Positions 22,791 to 35,000 of a stretch of DNA of 64,000 nucleotides are shown one piece after another; the first letter of the stretch is position 1, and every line of letters starts with the position of its first letter. The translations under genes and the position numbers were made by a program. Where the stretch lies: the NCBI RefSeq assembly GCF_902713615.1, contig NC_052166.1, forward strand, positions 2,156,961 to 2,220,960, given 5' to 3'. This stretch comes from Scyliorhinus canicula. Its lineage: Eukaryota. The notes under the pieces are model-generated. The model saw nothing but the letters and a program-made list of their open reading frames with translations. It was not told the origin of the DNA and made no database searches.

Positions 22791-23131
22791 AATACAGATG
22801 CTGAATACAGATGTCAAAAGTTTGGCAAAGGTGTCAGCTTTAAGGTTAGAATGGTGTCTCCTGAACATGATCGGGGAGGACCAGACAGGGTTCGTTAAGG
22901 GAAAGCAGTTGTTTTTGAACGTGAGGAGGTTGCTGAATATGGTCCTCTCACCAGCAGAGGGAAGGGGACAGAAGTGCTGGTGGCTCTTGAGGTGGAGAAG
23001 GCATTCGATTGGGTAGAATGAGGTTATTTGATGGCGGTACTGGAGGTTTGGGATCGGGCCAAAATTTGGGACATGGATACGGCTGCCATATAAGGAACCA
23101 AAGGCAAGTGTGCGTATGAATAATTGGAGTA

Positions 23132-23253
23132 TGATGTGGAGATGCCGGCGTTGGACTGGGGTGAGCACAGTAAGAAGTCTTACAACACCAGATTAAAGTC
23201 CAACAGGTTTGTTTCAAACACTAGCTTTCGGAGCACTGCTCCTTCCTCAGGTG
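23132..23253 (-). mobile_element. Solo Penelope-like pseudo-LTR inserted in L1 RT, flanked by TGGAGTAT(GA) duplication
   Basis: Matches the first 120 bp of the Penelope fragment at 44,021. Duplication at 23,125 and 23,257. Confidence 0.75.
23219..23253 (-). ncRNA. Minimal type-I hammerhead ribozyme motif
   Basis: CAC-CUGAGGA-A-GGAGC(AGU)GCUCC-GAA-AGCU-A-GUG: catalytic core, 5-bp stem II, palindromic stem III, stem I CAC/GUG. Confidence 0.7.
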
Positions 23254-23977
23254 CGCTGGAGTATGAGGCAGAGGTGCCCTATGTACCCCCCTTCTGTTCG
23301 CCTTGGACCCCTTGACCATTTCTCTAAGGAGCTTGGGGCTTTGGAAGGGGATAGTGAGGCGTGGGGTAGAACATAGGGTGTCTCTCTATGCAAATCTTCT
23401 GCTCCTATACATCTCGGAGCTGAAGGATTTGATGGCGGGTAGAATGGAGCTGCCTCAGGAGCTTTGGGAAGTTCTCACAGTACAAGATAAACCTAAGGAA
23501 AAGTGAGGTTTTCATGGTCTTCCCAGTGGGAGTGGGATCGGGGGGGGGGGGGGGGGTTGCCATTCCGCTTGGCAACATCTCACTTTAAGTATCTGGGGGT
23601 GCAGGTGGCTCGGGATTGGGTAGGGCTCCGGAAGTTTAATTTTACCAGTTTGGTGGGGAGGGGAAGGTTATTTGGCAAGGTGGGACAATCTCTCTTTGTC
23701 ATTGACAGGCCGGGTACAGGCTGTCAAAATGAATGCTGCGGTTCCTGTTTCTGATAGTATCTGCTGGTCTTTCTACCTAACGTGTTCTTCAAGGGGGTGG
23801 ATTAGTTGATCTCCTCATTCATTTGGTGCAGGAGGGAAGGTTCCCAGGATAAAAAGGTGATATTACAGCCGGGAAGGCGAAAGGAGGGACTAGGCCTCCC
23901 GAACTTGCTTTATTATTATTGGGCGTCAAATTCTGAGAAGGTGAGAGGGTGGTGTAAGGAGGGGACGCCTCTGTGGG

Positions 23978-24557
23978 TGTCATGGAAATGTAACTTTAAG
24001 AAATATTTGTATGCTCAAGTGGCTGCAGTGATGTCAGAGTGTGGGTGGAGCTGAGCACTGGCTCTGCTTTTTAGTTTCGCTTTGAGGAAAAGCTTGGGTG
24101 TGTCTGTGTCTTTTAGTTTTGTTTTAGTGTTGGAGCTGCAGCCAGCCAAAGAAAGTGTCATTTTGATCTCTCTGCCATCTAAAGACTATCTCTAGATCAT
24201 TTGGTGAATCCAGAGTGATAATTGTTCTCAGTAGAGAATTTAAACCTGATCTGTGTTAAAAAGGGTCTTTTGTCTTCCAGGTGTTGTTTGGGAATTTATT
24301 AAGGGTTATCTCTAGAGTACTGTATTCTTTGGGGATTCATTGTTGTTGACAGTTGTTAAGATGTTTACTGTGGGTTTATAAAGTGTTAACTGGTTTCATA
24401 AATAAACATTGCTTTAATTTAAAAGTACTGTAGATTTTTGGTGCATCACACTTGCAGAGTGGGCCCTTGTGCTCCCCTAACCACAATCTATTAAAAGTTG
24501 TGGGTCAGGTGAACTCCATGATACGCTTTGAGGATCTCTGAACCCTGGCCTATAACA
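23978..24557 (+). mobile_element. Solo LTR (580 bp), 5-bp TSD GTGGG
   Basis: TGTCA..TAACA termini, internal AATAAA. TSD at 23,973-77 and 24,558-62. Mirror at 47,091-47,671. Confidence 0.85.
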
Positions 24558-24780
24558 GTGGGTAAGGATGGAGGTGGGCTCTGTGGGTGAGGATGGAGGC
24601 GGCTCTGTGGGTGAGGATGGAGGTGGGCTCTGTGTGTGAGGATGGAGGTGGGCTCGGTGGGTGAGGATGGAGGCGGGCTCTGTGGGTAAGGATGGAGGTG
24701 GGCTCTGTGGGTAAGGATGGAGGCGGTCTCTATGGGTAAGGATGGAGGCGGGCTCTGTGGGTAAGGATGGAGGCGGTACT
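24558..24780. repeat. 25-bp minisatellite GGCTCTGTGGGTGAGGATGGAGGTG, about 9 copies
   Basis: Direct tandem units abutting the LTR. About 5 copies in the mirror arm. Confidence 0.9.
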
Positions 24781-27159
24781 TGCAGGGGGTCAGGGTTGTG
24801 GTCATTGGCAACGGCACCGCTCTCGATGGCCCCAGGAAAATATTCGGGCAGTCAGGTGGTGGTGGCCACACTGAGGATTTGGATGCAGTTTAGACTGCAT
24901 TTTAAATTGAGGGCCGGGGTCAGGGGGCGAATGACGATTAGGGGGAATCACGTGTTCAGGCCAGGAAGGGTGGATACGAGGTTTGGGGGGTTGTGAGATG
25001 ATGGGTATCAGTGAAATGAAGGATTTGTTCATTGGGGACGATTCGTGAGTCTGGATGAGTCGAGAGAGAAATCTGGATTGACACAGAGAGAGAGAGGTTT
25101 AGGTATATGCAGGTCGGGACTTTTCAAGGAAAGCGTTCCCAGCATTCCCAATGGAGCGGCTCCTTTGTTGTTGGAGGAAGTGTTGTTAACGAGGGAGTGG
25201 GGGGGAGAACTGGAGAAGGGAGTCATCTCGGCGATTTACGGAAAGATCCTGGAGGAGGGTGGGGTGTCTTTGGAGGGGATCAAAATGAAATGGGAAGAAG
25301 AGCTGGGAAAGGTGCTTGAAGAGGGACTGCGAAGTGAGGTGCTACGGAGGGTGAATGCCTCCACTTCTGGTGTGAGGTTGGGGCTGATACAGCTGGTATA
25401 TAGGGCACACCTTAATAAATCGAGGATGAGACGGCTGTTCAAGGGAGTGGAGGATACCAGTGAGCGGTGCGGGAGGGGTGCCGCAAATCATGTTCACATG
25501 TTTTGGTCCTGTCCAAAATTAGGCCTTTATTGAAGGTCAGTATTCAGGATAATATCAGGGGTCTTACATGTGGATGGACATGGCCGCCTAGCCAGCCATA
25601 TTCAGGATGTCGGACCAGCACAATCTGCAGGCGGGCGCGGGGGCTGTTGATCGCTCGAAGACGGCTTTTGTTGGTGTGGAGGTCAGGCTCTCCATCCTGC
25701 GCCTCGTTGTGGCGGGGATATTTACTGGAGTTTTTGATCCTCGAGAAAGTAAAGTTCGAACTGAAGGGGGTGAAGGAGAGGTTCTACAATTGTTGAGGTT
25801 TGTTTATTATGCATTTTCGAGAATTAGTTACCGTGGACTGTTGAGGGGTGAGGTGGGGGAAATGTCTTGTCTGTTTGGAGGTTGCTTGGGGCTGTTTGAA
25901 TGTTGTATTGTGAAAACGTTGAAAATTTGTTGAATAAAAATACTTTAAAAAAAAATAGATACTCTGTGTGTAATGTCCAGACAGAGATTTGTGGATTTTG
26001 CCTTCCAGGAATATACAAAGATTAGGATAAAGGCCAATTGAAATGCTGCCTCTTGTGTGTGTGTTTTGTGTGTATACATGAACCACTGCTGCGGTATCAG
26101 AATATGTGCCACACCGAAGAAGCCAGTAGCAACAGCACACCTGCCAAAGGTTCTATCTCTACCTTTCTGATTGTTGAAGTAAGCCAAGTCGCCAAAGTCT
26201 ACAGTTGAAACCGGGAAGTTTTCCCACTAAACTGCAGAACGCTGGAATCTCGAAATGGAACATTTGCCTGCCGAATCAGCGTTACTGAAATCTTGAAACC
26301 GATTATTTGCCTGCTAAGCCCATGATTACCAGAATCTCAAATCGCATCGGCTGCAACACTCAATCATCTACTCCTCATGAGTCAAAGTCTGTTTGATATA
26401 ACTTTTGTTTTACTCAGTTAATTTGGACTCAAATCTTATTTGTAATTTCTATGAATGTATATGTGTGTCTTTTACCATCTTCTTGTCTTTAGTAGTTTAT
26501 AAACTCACTCTATATTTAAATCAAGAAAGCCTGGTTAAATTGGCTCCTTTTAAAATGTAAATATTGCGATTGGGAATAGGTATCCGCGAGAGGGAAGGAT
26601 CCTTTATAGATTCATCTTATTCACCTTTATTTGAAATGTTTGATGCAAGCATGTCGAACCCTTCTTCCTCAAGGAACACTAATGAGGGAGGGCGGTTCAT
26701 CAGCATTGATATTCTAGTAGTTTGTGTCTGCTCAGTGGTCATGACATGCACAGGAGGAGGAGGTCCTTAGGCATGTCCCCATCTCAGTCACAACAGTGTT
26801 TGCATCATTAGATGGTGGTGAAAGCATCAAATCCTTTCTCCCATATCTCTTCTTCCTTGGTAGGTTCGCAGTTCCAGAATGAGCACATTCACAGGGCACC
26901 GCAGACCAAAGCTGAGATCATGCCTTGTGATTCATGAGGCCAAAATGTACAAGTGTGAATGCAGGACTCACTCTGGACATCCCTGTAATGAAAGGGAAGG
27001 GCCAGGAGATATGTGGCCAAATAGCCTCACCCACCTCTTCCTGGAACCTGTCAGTAATTAAAGATTCAAGGACACATCGAGCAAGTGGTCAGAGAATTCT
27101 GGAACTTGGGTCATCAGCCCCACTTATAAACAACAGTGCCAGCCACTGGGGGTAGAAGA

Positions 27160-27424
27160 GAGCACAGCGGCACAGTAGTTACCACAGTAGCTTCACAGCT
27201 CCAGGGTTCCAGGTTCGATTCCCGGCTTGGGTCACTGTCTGTGCGGAGTTTGCACTTTCTCCCCGTGTCTGCGTTGGTTTCCTCCGGGCGATCCGGTTTC
27301 CTCCCACAGTCCAAAGATGTGCAAGTTAGGTGGATGGGTCATGATAAATTGCCCTTAGTGTACAAAATAAAGATTAGTGGGGTTATTGGGTTGCGATGAT
27401 GGGGTGGAGATGTGGGTTTAGGTG
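27160..27424 (+). mobile_element. V-SINE truncated by assembly gap
   Basis: GCGGCACAGTAG..GGTTCGATTCCCGGCTTGGG head and V-domain running into Ns. Confidence 0.88.
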
Positions 27425-27524
27425 NNNNNNNNNNNNNNNNNNNNNNNNNNNNNNNNNNNNNNNNNNNNNNNNNNNNNNNNNNNNNNNNNNNNNNNNNNNN
27501 NNNNNNNNNNNNNNNNNNNNNNNN
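27425..27524. other. Assembly gap (100 N)
   Basis: Exactly 100 N, a common placeholder for a gap of unknown size. Confidence 0.99.
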
Positions 27525-28624
27525 AATGATGTGATTTCAGATGGGATCTGGGGGTGGTATGGGGATTGGGAGAGGGGGGGGCAGGGTATGAGGGAGAGGG
27601 ACCAATATGAGTTAACAAAGATGTGACTGTTGTGTGAGGTGGGGGGGGGGGGGGGGGTGCCTCACTCTGGGGAAGGGTACGCCTGACCAGGCTTTGGACA
27701 AGTTGCAGTTTATGAGGGTAACCAACGGTGGTTCGGCCTGCGAATCGTCGAGCCTAGAGAGGAGATAAACATGGAGGGTTGAGCAGGGGACAGAAGCGGC
27801 GTGGGCTCCAGTCACTTCCAGAGTGGGAGCCTTGGTTGGGAGGTGATAGGTAATAGTAGTAAGGAGGAATGAGTGGTGTCGGTGATCGAAGTGAATGGGA
27901 GGAAAATGATAGCGGAAGGAGAGGCAGAGAAATAGAGATAATCGGGGAGGTAGAGAAAGTGGAAGAGAAGGACATAGATAGGGAAAGAGAGAAATCAGGG
28001 AAAGAGGACATGTATTTCCGGCTTCAAATCCCACCGCGGCAGCTGATGGAATTTAAATTGAATTAATGAATCGGGAATTGAAATCTAGTCTCAGTAATGC
28101 CAACCATGAAACTATCATCGATTGTCATTAAAATCCTCTTGGTTCACTAATGCCCTATCAGGAAGGAAATCTGCCGTCCTTACCCGGTCTGGCCTACATG
28201 TGACTCCAGACCCCCACAGCAATGTGACCGTCGCTTAACTGCCTCCTGAAATGGCCCAAACGAAGCACTCAGTTCAAGGGGCAATTCGGGATGGGCAACA
28301 AATGCCAGCCTTGCCCAGCGACGCCCACATCCTGGGAAATAATTTTTTTAACTTTTATTATTGGGATTTTACATTTTAGAAATTGACGCAACTAAGTCAT
28401 AGAAAAAGAAGCAAATAAACAGCTTAACATACATGGCCACAGGGTGGCACAGGAGAACAGCATCATAACTGGCTCCGCACAATCCATAGACAAAACCGAA
28501 CACTCTCATGACCCCCACCAAGAACTGGAGGAAGAATAGGATATGATCATAAAAAACATGACACAACGGTTCACACTCTCCCACGCCATCCAGGGCTACA
28601 ACCATCAGTACATACCAACAAGTC

Positions 28625-28900
28625 ATAGAATCCCTACAGTATAGATGGAGGCTATTCGGCCCATCAAGTCTGCCTGATCCCTCTGACAGAGCACTCTGCC
28701 CCAGCCCACTCCCTCGCCCGGTCCCTGTGACCGCATCTCAGCTGCACATCTTTGGACTGTGGGAGGAAACCAGAGCATCCGGACGAAATTTACACAGATG
28801 CAGGGAGACTATGCAAACTCCACACAGTCACCCAAGGCTGAAATTGAACCCGGGGCCCCTGGTGCTGTGAGGCAGCAGTGCTAACCACTGTGCCACCCTC
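28625..28900 (-). mobile_element. V-SINE with CR1 tail
   Basis: CATAGAATCCCTACAG.. tail complement followed by V-domain and tRNA head complement. Confidence 0.85.
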
Positions 28901-29041
28901 GGCCCCAGCTCCAGCACAGGCATCAGTGACCCAACATAGCCCTCTCCTTCGGCAGTCAGACCTAGCCGCACCCACGCAGAAGCCGAGTGGATTTATCACT
29001 CTCAAATTGACAAAAAAAACCAGAAAATCCACAAGAGCCTC

Positions 29042-29696
29042 GGGCTGGATTCTCCCACAATGGGTTGATGTCCCCACACCGACATAAAAGCACAGCCATT
29101 TCACTCTGAGGATTCCTATAAAAAAGATCAGCCAATTCACTCACCTGCAGGGGGCTAGCAGGGACCCAGAGTGATTCACGCAGCTTTAGCTGTGGATACG
29201 AGCACCCGCACTTTGGGTTTTGAGTCCGCACATGAGCACGGTGGCGGCCTCCAGCGGCAGCGCCAAGCGCCATGGCGGACTCAGTCCGCGGGGGGCAGAT
29301 GAGAAATGTAGCCACACCGACCCCGATCGGCCGCGTGCCCGAAGATCCAACCGTCCCGATCTGTCCCCTGGCCGGCTATATGGCCCCCCCCCCCTCCCCC
29401 GGCATCCGATTTCCCCCCAAACCCCCACCAGGCCGCGGACTGCGTTCGCAGTCGCCATGCGAGTTTCCCGAACGGCGGTAAGTGGTTAGAACCACGCCGT
29501 TGGGAACTCGGCCGGTTGGGTGCAGAGGATCGCTGGGCGGGCCTCTGGGAATGGCCCCCTAGCCGCCCGGAGTACTCTGCGATCACAGGTCCCGGAGAAT
29601 CGCCGGACCGCCGCCAACCCCATTTCAGCTCAAAATTGGATTCTCCGGCCCCACGGCAAATGCAATTTCAGAGCAGGGCGGCGGAGAATCCAGTCC
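29042..29696. mobile_element. Non-autonomous Harbinger-type element, about 655 bp
   Basis: TIRs GGGCTGGATTCTCC / GGAGAATCCAGTCC with internal ATTCTCC/GGAGAAT repeats. Flanks CTC/CCC. Confidence 0.8.
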
Positions 29697-31254
29697 CCCA
29701 TTTCTGAGATAATTTACATACGTACCCCACAACACAACCTAACCCTCTCCCAGGCCCAGAACCAATGTTATCCATATAACTACAAAATTACAGGAGAGGA
29801 CCGGCAGCAAAGAGGTCCAAATTGTTCTGGCACCCAGGGCCTCCCACAGAAGAAGAGGAAGGACACGAGCTACCAGCGCTAACGTAGCGGATAACAAGAG
29901 CTCAGGACCTAACGGGTCCTGACCCACCGCAGCAATCCTGAAGCATCCATCATCAAAGAGGGAATAGGCCACCCCACTGACAAGAGGACAACTCGCTCCC
30001 GAGGAGTGACGGGATAACCTTTGAGGCACAGAAATTGAGTCCGAATAAACTTTCCGGTCTCCATCGAAGATGGAGGTCCCACTCAGGGAAGACAGTAATC
30101 ATCAAGATGCCCCCCCCCCCCCACCCCCCCACGCCATAGGGTGGACTGGGGGGGTGGGCCAACTCTTCCTCCCCTGCACCATGGGACCCACCCCGCCAGT
30201 CGAGCCCGCACAGGAGAAAACACAGAACGCCAAGGCGGACCCACTCCTTCATGAAAATGAACACCAAAACCTAACCAACCTCAACGTACGCCAGGGCTGA
30301 ATGTCGCTGCCAAGTGGCTTTTGAAAGGCAAAGGCAAAGGAGAGACAGCCACCAATGAATAAGGGATGGGAGGAGAGGGGCATGGGAAAGAACAGGATAT
30401 GTACTAAGTACAGTGCCCAGCCCACCCCCAAGTCTCCATGCACCCGGGGAACAAACTCTTTTAAATATATTTTTATTTCACCAAGTTGGAGGACATCACA
30501 GTGATGCAGTGTCCTTTCTTTCTAAATAATAGTGTGGACAAGGAGGTGAAGTTTACCCTGTGCAAGATCTCGCTTCAGGACCCTCCTCCTATCTCGAGGC
30601 CAAGTTCTGCCCACCTCTCTCTCTCTTGTGTCGTCCAGTGGGACCCATACCTCCTCTAGAAGTCGCACATTTGTGTCCATGCACTTTCTTCCCCTAATTC
30701 ATCCTGTGAAATTGTCTGTTCAGCAAGGTGTGTCTGGGTAACTGGGGGAATGATGGGGCCTCCTTGCGGAGGCCCCTGAAGGTGCCAGAGCTCATTCCCT
30801 ATCGGAAGCTGGAGCTTCTCCATTACTTACCCCAGGATTGCCACTCTGCCATCTACATACAAGTCCCTGACCCTCTCAACACCCCTTCCTCCTCCTCCTC
30901 GGGTTTTATACATGGCGTCCATCATGGCCGGGATGAATCTGTGGTTCTTGCAGGCAGGGGCTGAGATAGACATGTCTTTTAGCTTAAAGTGGTTCCTAAG
31001 CTGGTTCCAGGCCCTTACCACCACCAGGCTTATCGAGTACTTGGCCAGGTGAAATGGGAGTGGGGCGGTGATCAGTGCCCGCAGGGACATCCCAGTTGTA
31101 AGTTGCAGCAAACTCATAAACCCAGAGCTTGCAAGGAAACCTGGAAGAGCTAAAAAAAATCTCCAGCAAACGGTTGCAACAACTAGAGAAAGACAAGAAA
31201 TAGCTCAAGGAGGGAAATGGTGCAGGAAGGTTAAACAGCCCGAACTCACTCCAA

Positions 31255-31870
31255 GAGGGACAACCACACTTGGTCCCAGGACTACACTGACCTGGAAGTT
31301 AAGGTGCCAGTGTCCAAGACGATTGTGAAAGGAAGACAGGTTTCTGTAGACAAACAGAGCAACTGCCTACGTGTGATTGTATTTGAAGGAGGGAGTGAGC
31401 CAGTCATTGTAGATGGAAGACTGACACATAAAATCAACTGAAAACTCCATATGGAGCTTCGAACCAGGGTGCTGCATCTTGATTAACCTAAATAAAAATG
31501 GTAAATACTGGCTGATGCACGATCAATTGCACAAAGACGAGAGTTGAATACAACTGAGGCTTTATTACACTAAGATGTGTGGCCTCCTACAGCAGCTGGC
31601 TAAATGGCTGCTGTACGGGGAGCACACATATTTATACTCCGTCTACTGGGCGGAGCCAGCAGGCAGAGACTACCCCCATACCTGTAGTATAGGGCCTTAC
31701 CATACATACCCTAATATATACAACAGTGATTACTACCACACTGGCAGAATGCTATTCTAGAAGGTGAAGAGCCTATAGACACAGTCAAGATAAACAAAGG
31801 AAGGTCAATGGCAACAGTGGATGAGGAACATGCAGCGCTGGACAGACTAACCTTTGATTATCACCAGAAT
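31255..31870 (+). pseudogene. NUDCD3: Processed pseudogene of NudC domain-containing protein 3 (CS/p23 domain region), frameshifted and split by a solo LTR
   Basis: RDNHTWSQDYTDLEVKVPVSKTIVKGRQVSV..DGRLTHKIN / TENSIWSFEPGCCILINLNKNGKYW [LTR] QNAILEGEEPIDTVKINKGRSMATVDEEHAALDRLTFDYHQ, recognised from memory as NUDCD3. No introns. Confidence 0.85.
31513..31740 (-). mobile_element. Solo LTR (228 bp), 5-bp TSD CTGGC
   Basis: TG..CA termini, TATA and AATAAA on the minus strand. Removing it restores the GKYWQNAILEG codons. Confidence 0.92.
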
Positions 31871-32062
31871 ATATAAAAACAAACACTGAGGTGAAACTTC
31901 TGAAAGCTGCCCGTAGGTGGCAGCAGAGACAACAGGACCTGTGAGAGACAATCCTAACTAGGCCAGGCGATAAAAAGCCAGCGCCGGAGGAGAGAGACGA
32001 GAGCGAGAGACCGAAGGAGACAGAGACCGAATGAGCAGAGCAAGCGGAAAATGCAGAAGAGC

Positions 32063-35000
32063 TGTGATGAATGTATTGCATTAACCATTCTCCATGTATG
32101 TAACTGTATCACGCTGTTGCCCATGTGGGCTCCACCTATGGACCATTGTATGATATTGCCTGGAATGTATCATGTTGGTGCCTTTGTGGGCTCCGCCCCT
32201 GGCTCCGCCCCTTGAGGGGAGGTATAAAGAGCAGCAGCCCTGTAGGCGGCTCTCAGTAGCAGAGCAGTTGCAGGCAGGCACTGTTCTAGTTGATTAAAGC
32301 CACAGTTTACATCTACTCTCTCACGTGAATTGAAGGTCGCATCAAATTAATCGCCTACAACACCACTATGGATTCGGCCCTCAAACCTGACCGACTGGAA
32401 CTCGACCCACAAGCCGCGGAGGCGAAAGGGATTTTTTCGCACTGGCTCCGCTGTTTCGAGGCCCACCTCGCTGCCTCCTCCTCGCCTTCCATCTCCGACG
32501 AACAGAAGCTGAGCCTCCTCCACGCCCGCGTGAGCCATCGAATCTCTGTACAACTCGTGGGAGCCTCCACCTACGCAGACGCCCTCGCGATGCTGAAGCA
32601 ACCTATACGTAAGGCCAGTGAACGAGGTGTACGCACAGAATCACCTCACTACTCGCCGCCAACGCCCCGGAGAATCGCTGGAGGAGTACCTACACGACCT
32701 CAAAGTCCTTGCGTGAAGTTGTAACTACCAGGCCGTTAGGGCTACTCAATATATGGACCTCGCTGTCCGGGATGCCTACGTGGCTGGAGTCAGGTCCAAC
32801 TACGTGAGACAGCGCCTGCTCGAGAAAGGTGCCCTGGACCTGGAAGAGACGGTAAAGCTAGCCTCCTCCATAGAAGTAGCGTTCCAAAGCCTCAACGCGT
32901 TCCCGTCTGATCACGCGCGCCCCCCCCCTCACGGACCCCCGACCGAAGACTACCCCAGGCCTGTGCCGCGCGGCTGCCCGCCCAACACGGGGGCCTACCC
33001 TGCTATTTCTGCGGCCAGCATCAGCACCCCAGGCAGCGCTGCCCGGCCCGGAACACGAATTGCAGCGACTGCGGTAAAAAGGGACATTTCGCTAAGGTTT
33101 GCCTGACCAGGTCCAAATTTCACAAAATCTCAGGCCCGACTCCCGGATTCACAGGCCCGCAGACTCCGCTGTGTGGCAGCGTGTCTGCCGGCTCCACCCC
33201 CCCGGACGCGTCATAGGCCTTGTGTTGTCTGTGGGGGCAGCCATCTTCAAGCCTGCACAACGTGTGTGACTCACGGAGGCCGCCATCTTGGCCATCCTCG
33301 CCCACGCGGCCCGCCATGTGCGACTCATGGGGGCCGCCATCTTGGACGCCATCTTCCTCGCCGCCTGACACGTGCGACCGACGGGGGCCGCCATCTTGGG
33401 ACCACCCCAGCACCTCCGACCACGCCGGCCACCTGCAACTCAGCGCGGTCACCCTTGACCAGTCGCGACCCAAACACCTCCGGAGCTCCATGATGACCAT
33501 CCGGGTAAATGGACACTAAACGCCTTGCCTGTTCAACTCCGGGAGCACGGAAAGCTTCATTCATCCAGACATGGTAAGGCTCTGCTCGCTCCCAATCTTC
33601 CCGGCACATCAAACATCTCCCTCGCCTCCGGGTCGCACTCGGTGCAGGTCCAAGGGTGCCCTACCCCAACCCTCGCAATACAGGGTGCCGAGTACGCCGA
33701 TTGTAAGCTATACATACTCCCCGACCTCTGTGCTCCTCTCCTGTTGGGACTGAGTATAACCTCAGGAGCCTAACTCTGAAGTTCGGCGGGCCCCTACCCC
33801 CACTCACCGTATGTAGCCTCACGACCCTAAAAGTCGACCCTCCCCCACTCTTTGCAAATCTCACTGCCGACTGTAAGCCAGTCGCCACCAGAAGCAGGCG
33901 GTACAGTATCCAGGACAGGACTTTGATCAGGCCCGAGGACCAGTGACTCTTGCGGGAGGGGATCATTGAGTCCAGCAATAGCCCCTGGAGAGCTCAGGTG
34001 GTGGTCGTCAGGACCGGGGAAAAGAACCGGATGGTTGTAGATTACAGCCAGACCATAAACCGGTACACGCACCTCAATGCTACCCCATTCCCCGGATCGC
34101 AGACATGGTTAACCAGATCGCACACTACCAGATGTTCCCCAGGGTGGATCTGAAGTCTGCTTACCCCCAGCTCCCAATCCGCCCGGAGGACGGCCACTAC
34201 ACGGCCTTTGAGGCAGACGGCCGACTCTTCCACTTCCTCCGGGTCCCCTTCAGCGACACAAATGGGGTCTCGGTCTTCCAAAGAACGATGGACCGAATGG
34301 TGGACCAGTAAGGGCTGCGGGCCACATTTCCGTACTTGGACAATGTCACCATCTGCGGCCATGATCAGCAGGACCACGACACCAACCTCCAGAGATTTCT
34401 CCAAACCACCCAAACCTTTAACCTCACTTAGAACATGGAGAAATGCGTTTTCCGCACAGCCAGACTAGCCATCCTCGGCTACATCGTGGAAAATGGAGTT
34501 CTGGGACCCGACCCCGACTGTATGCGCCCCCTCCTGCAACTCCCCCTTCCCCACTGCCCCAAGGCCCTGAAAAGATTCCTCTGGTTCTTTTCCTATTACC
34601 CTTGTGGGTCCCCAACTATGCGGACAAAGCCCGCCCACTAATCAAGGCCACCATCTTCCCACTGGCGGACAAGGCCCGCCAGGACTTCAACTGCATCAAG
34701 GCGGACATCGCCAAAGCCGCGATGTGCCCGGTGGACGAGTCCGTCCCCTTCCAGGTAGCGAGCGAATCATCAGAGGTCGTCCTCGCCGCTACCCTTAACC
34801 ATAGAATTTAACCATAGAATTTACAGTGCAGAAGGAGGCCATTCGGCCCATCGTCTGCACCGGCTCCTGGAAAGAGCACCCTACCCAAGGTTAACACCTC
34901 CACCCTATCCCCATAACCCAGTAACCCCACCCAACACTAAGGGGAATTTTGGGCACTAAGGGCAATTTAGCATGGCCAATCCACCTAACCTGCACATCTT

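Larger units (their letters stand above)
18085..25955 (+). mobile_element. Decayed near-full-length L1-like LINE with many nested insertions (mirrored at about 45,765-53,375)
   Basis: 5' GACTTCCGGTGACG. ORF1 remnant KDLAKRRAAF, EN KRLKVFTHLRSLKADVMMLQETHL, RT DQTGFVKGKQLFLNVRRLLNMV, EKAFDWVE, YANLLLLYIS, C-terminal NHVHMFWSCPKL, AATAAA plus A-tail about 25,930-25,955. Confidence 0.88.
5719..26970. repeat. Left arm of large inverted duplication
   Basis: Collinear reverse-complement match to 44,620-58,894. Paired ORFs include 6115+/58173-, 7104+/56999-, 18070-/52893+, 21883+/49091-, 25607+/45793-. Contains an extra 6.85 kb (8442-15296). Confidence 0.95.
27525..31135. mobile_element. Patchwork of old LINE (L1-like/CR1) fragments
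   Basis: Broken RT C-terminal motifs, e.g. minus-strand APLPF..VVRAWNQLRNHFKL at 30,830-31,120. Boundaries are not resolved. Confidence 0.5.

Noticed and set aside
31870-32062. Purine-rich segment after the NUDCD3 fragment as an inverted 5' UTR (twin priming)
   Set aside because: No recognisable relation to NUDCD3 without a search, so left unassigned.
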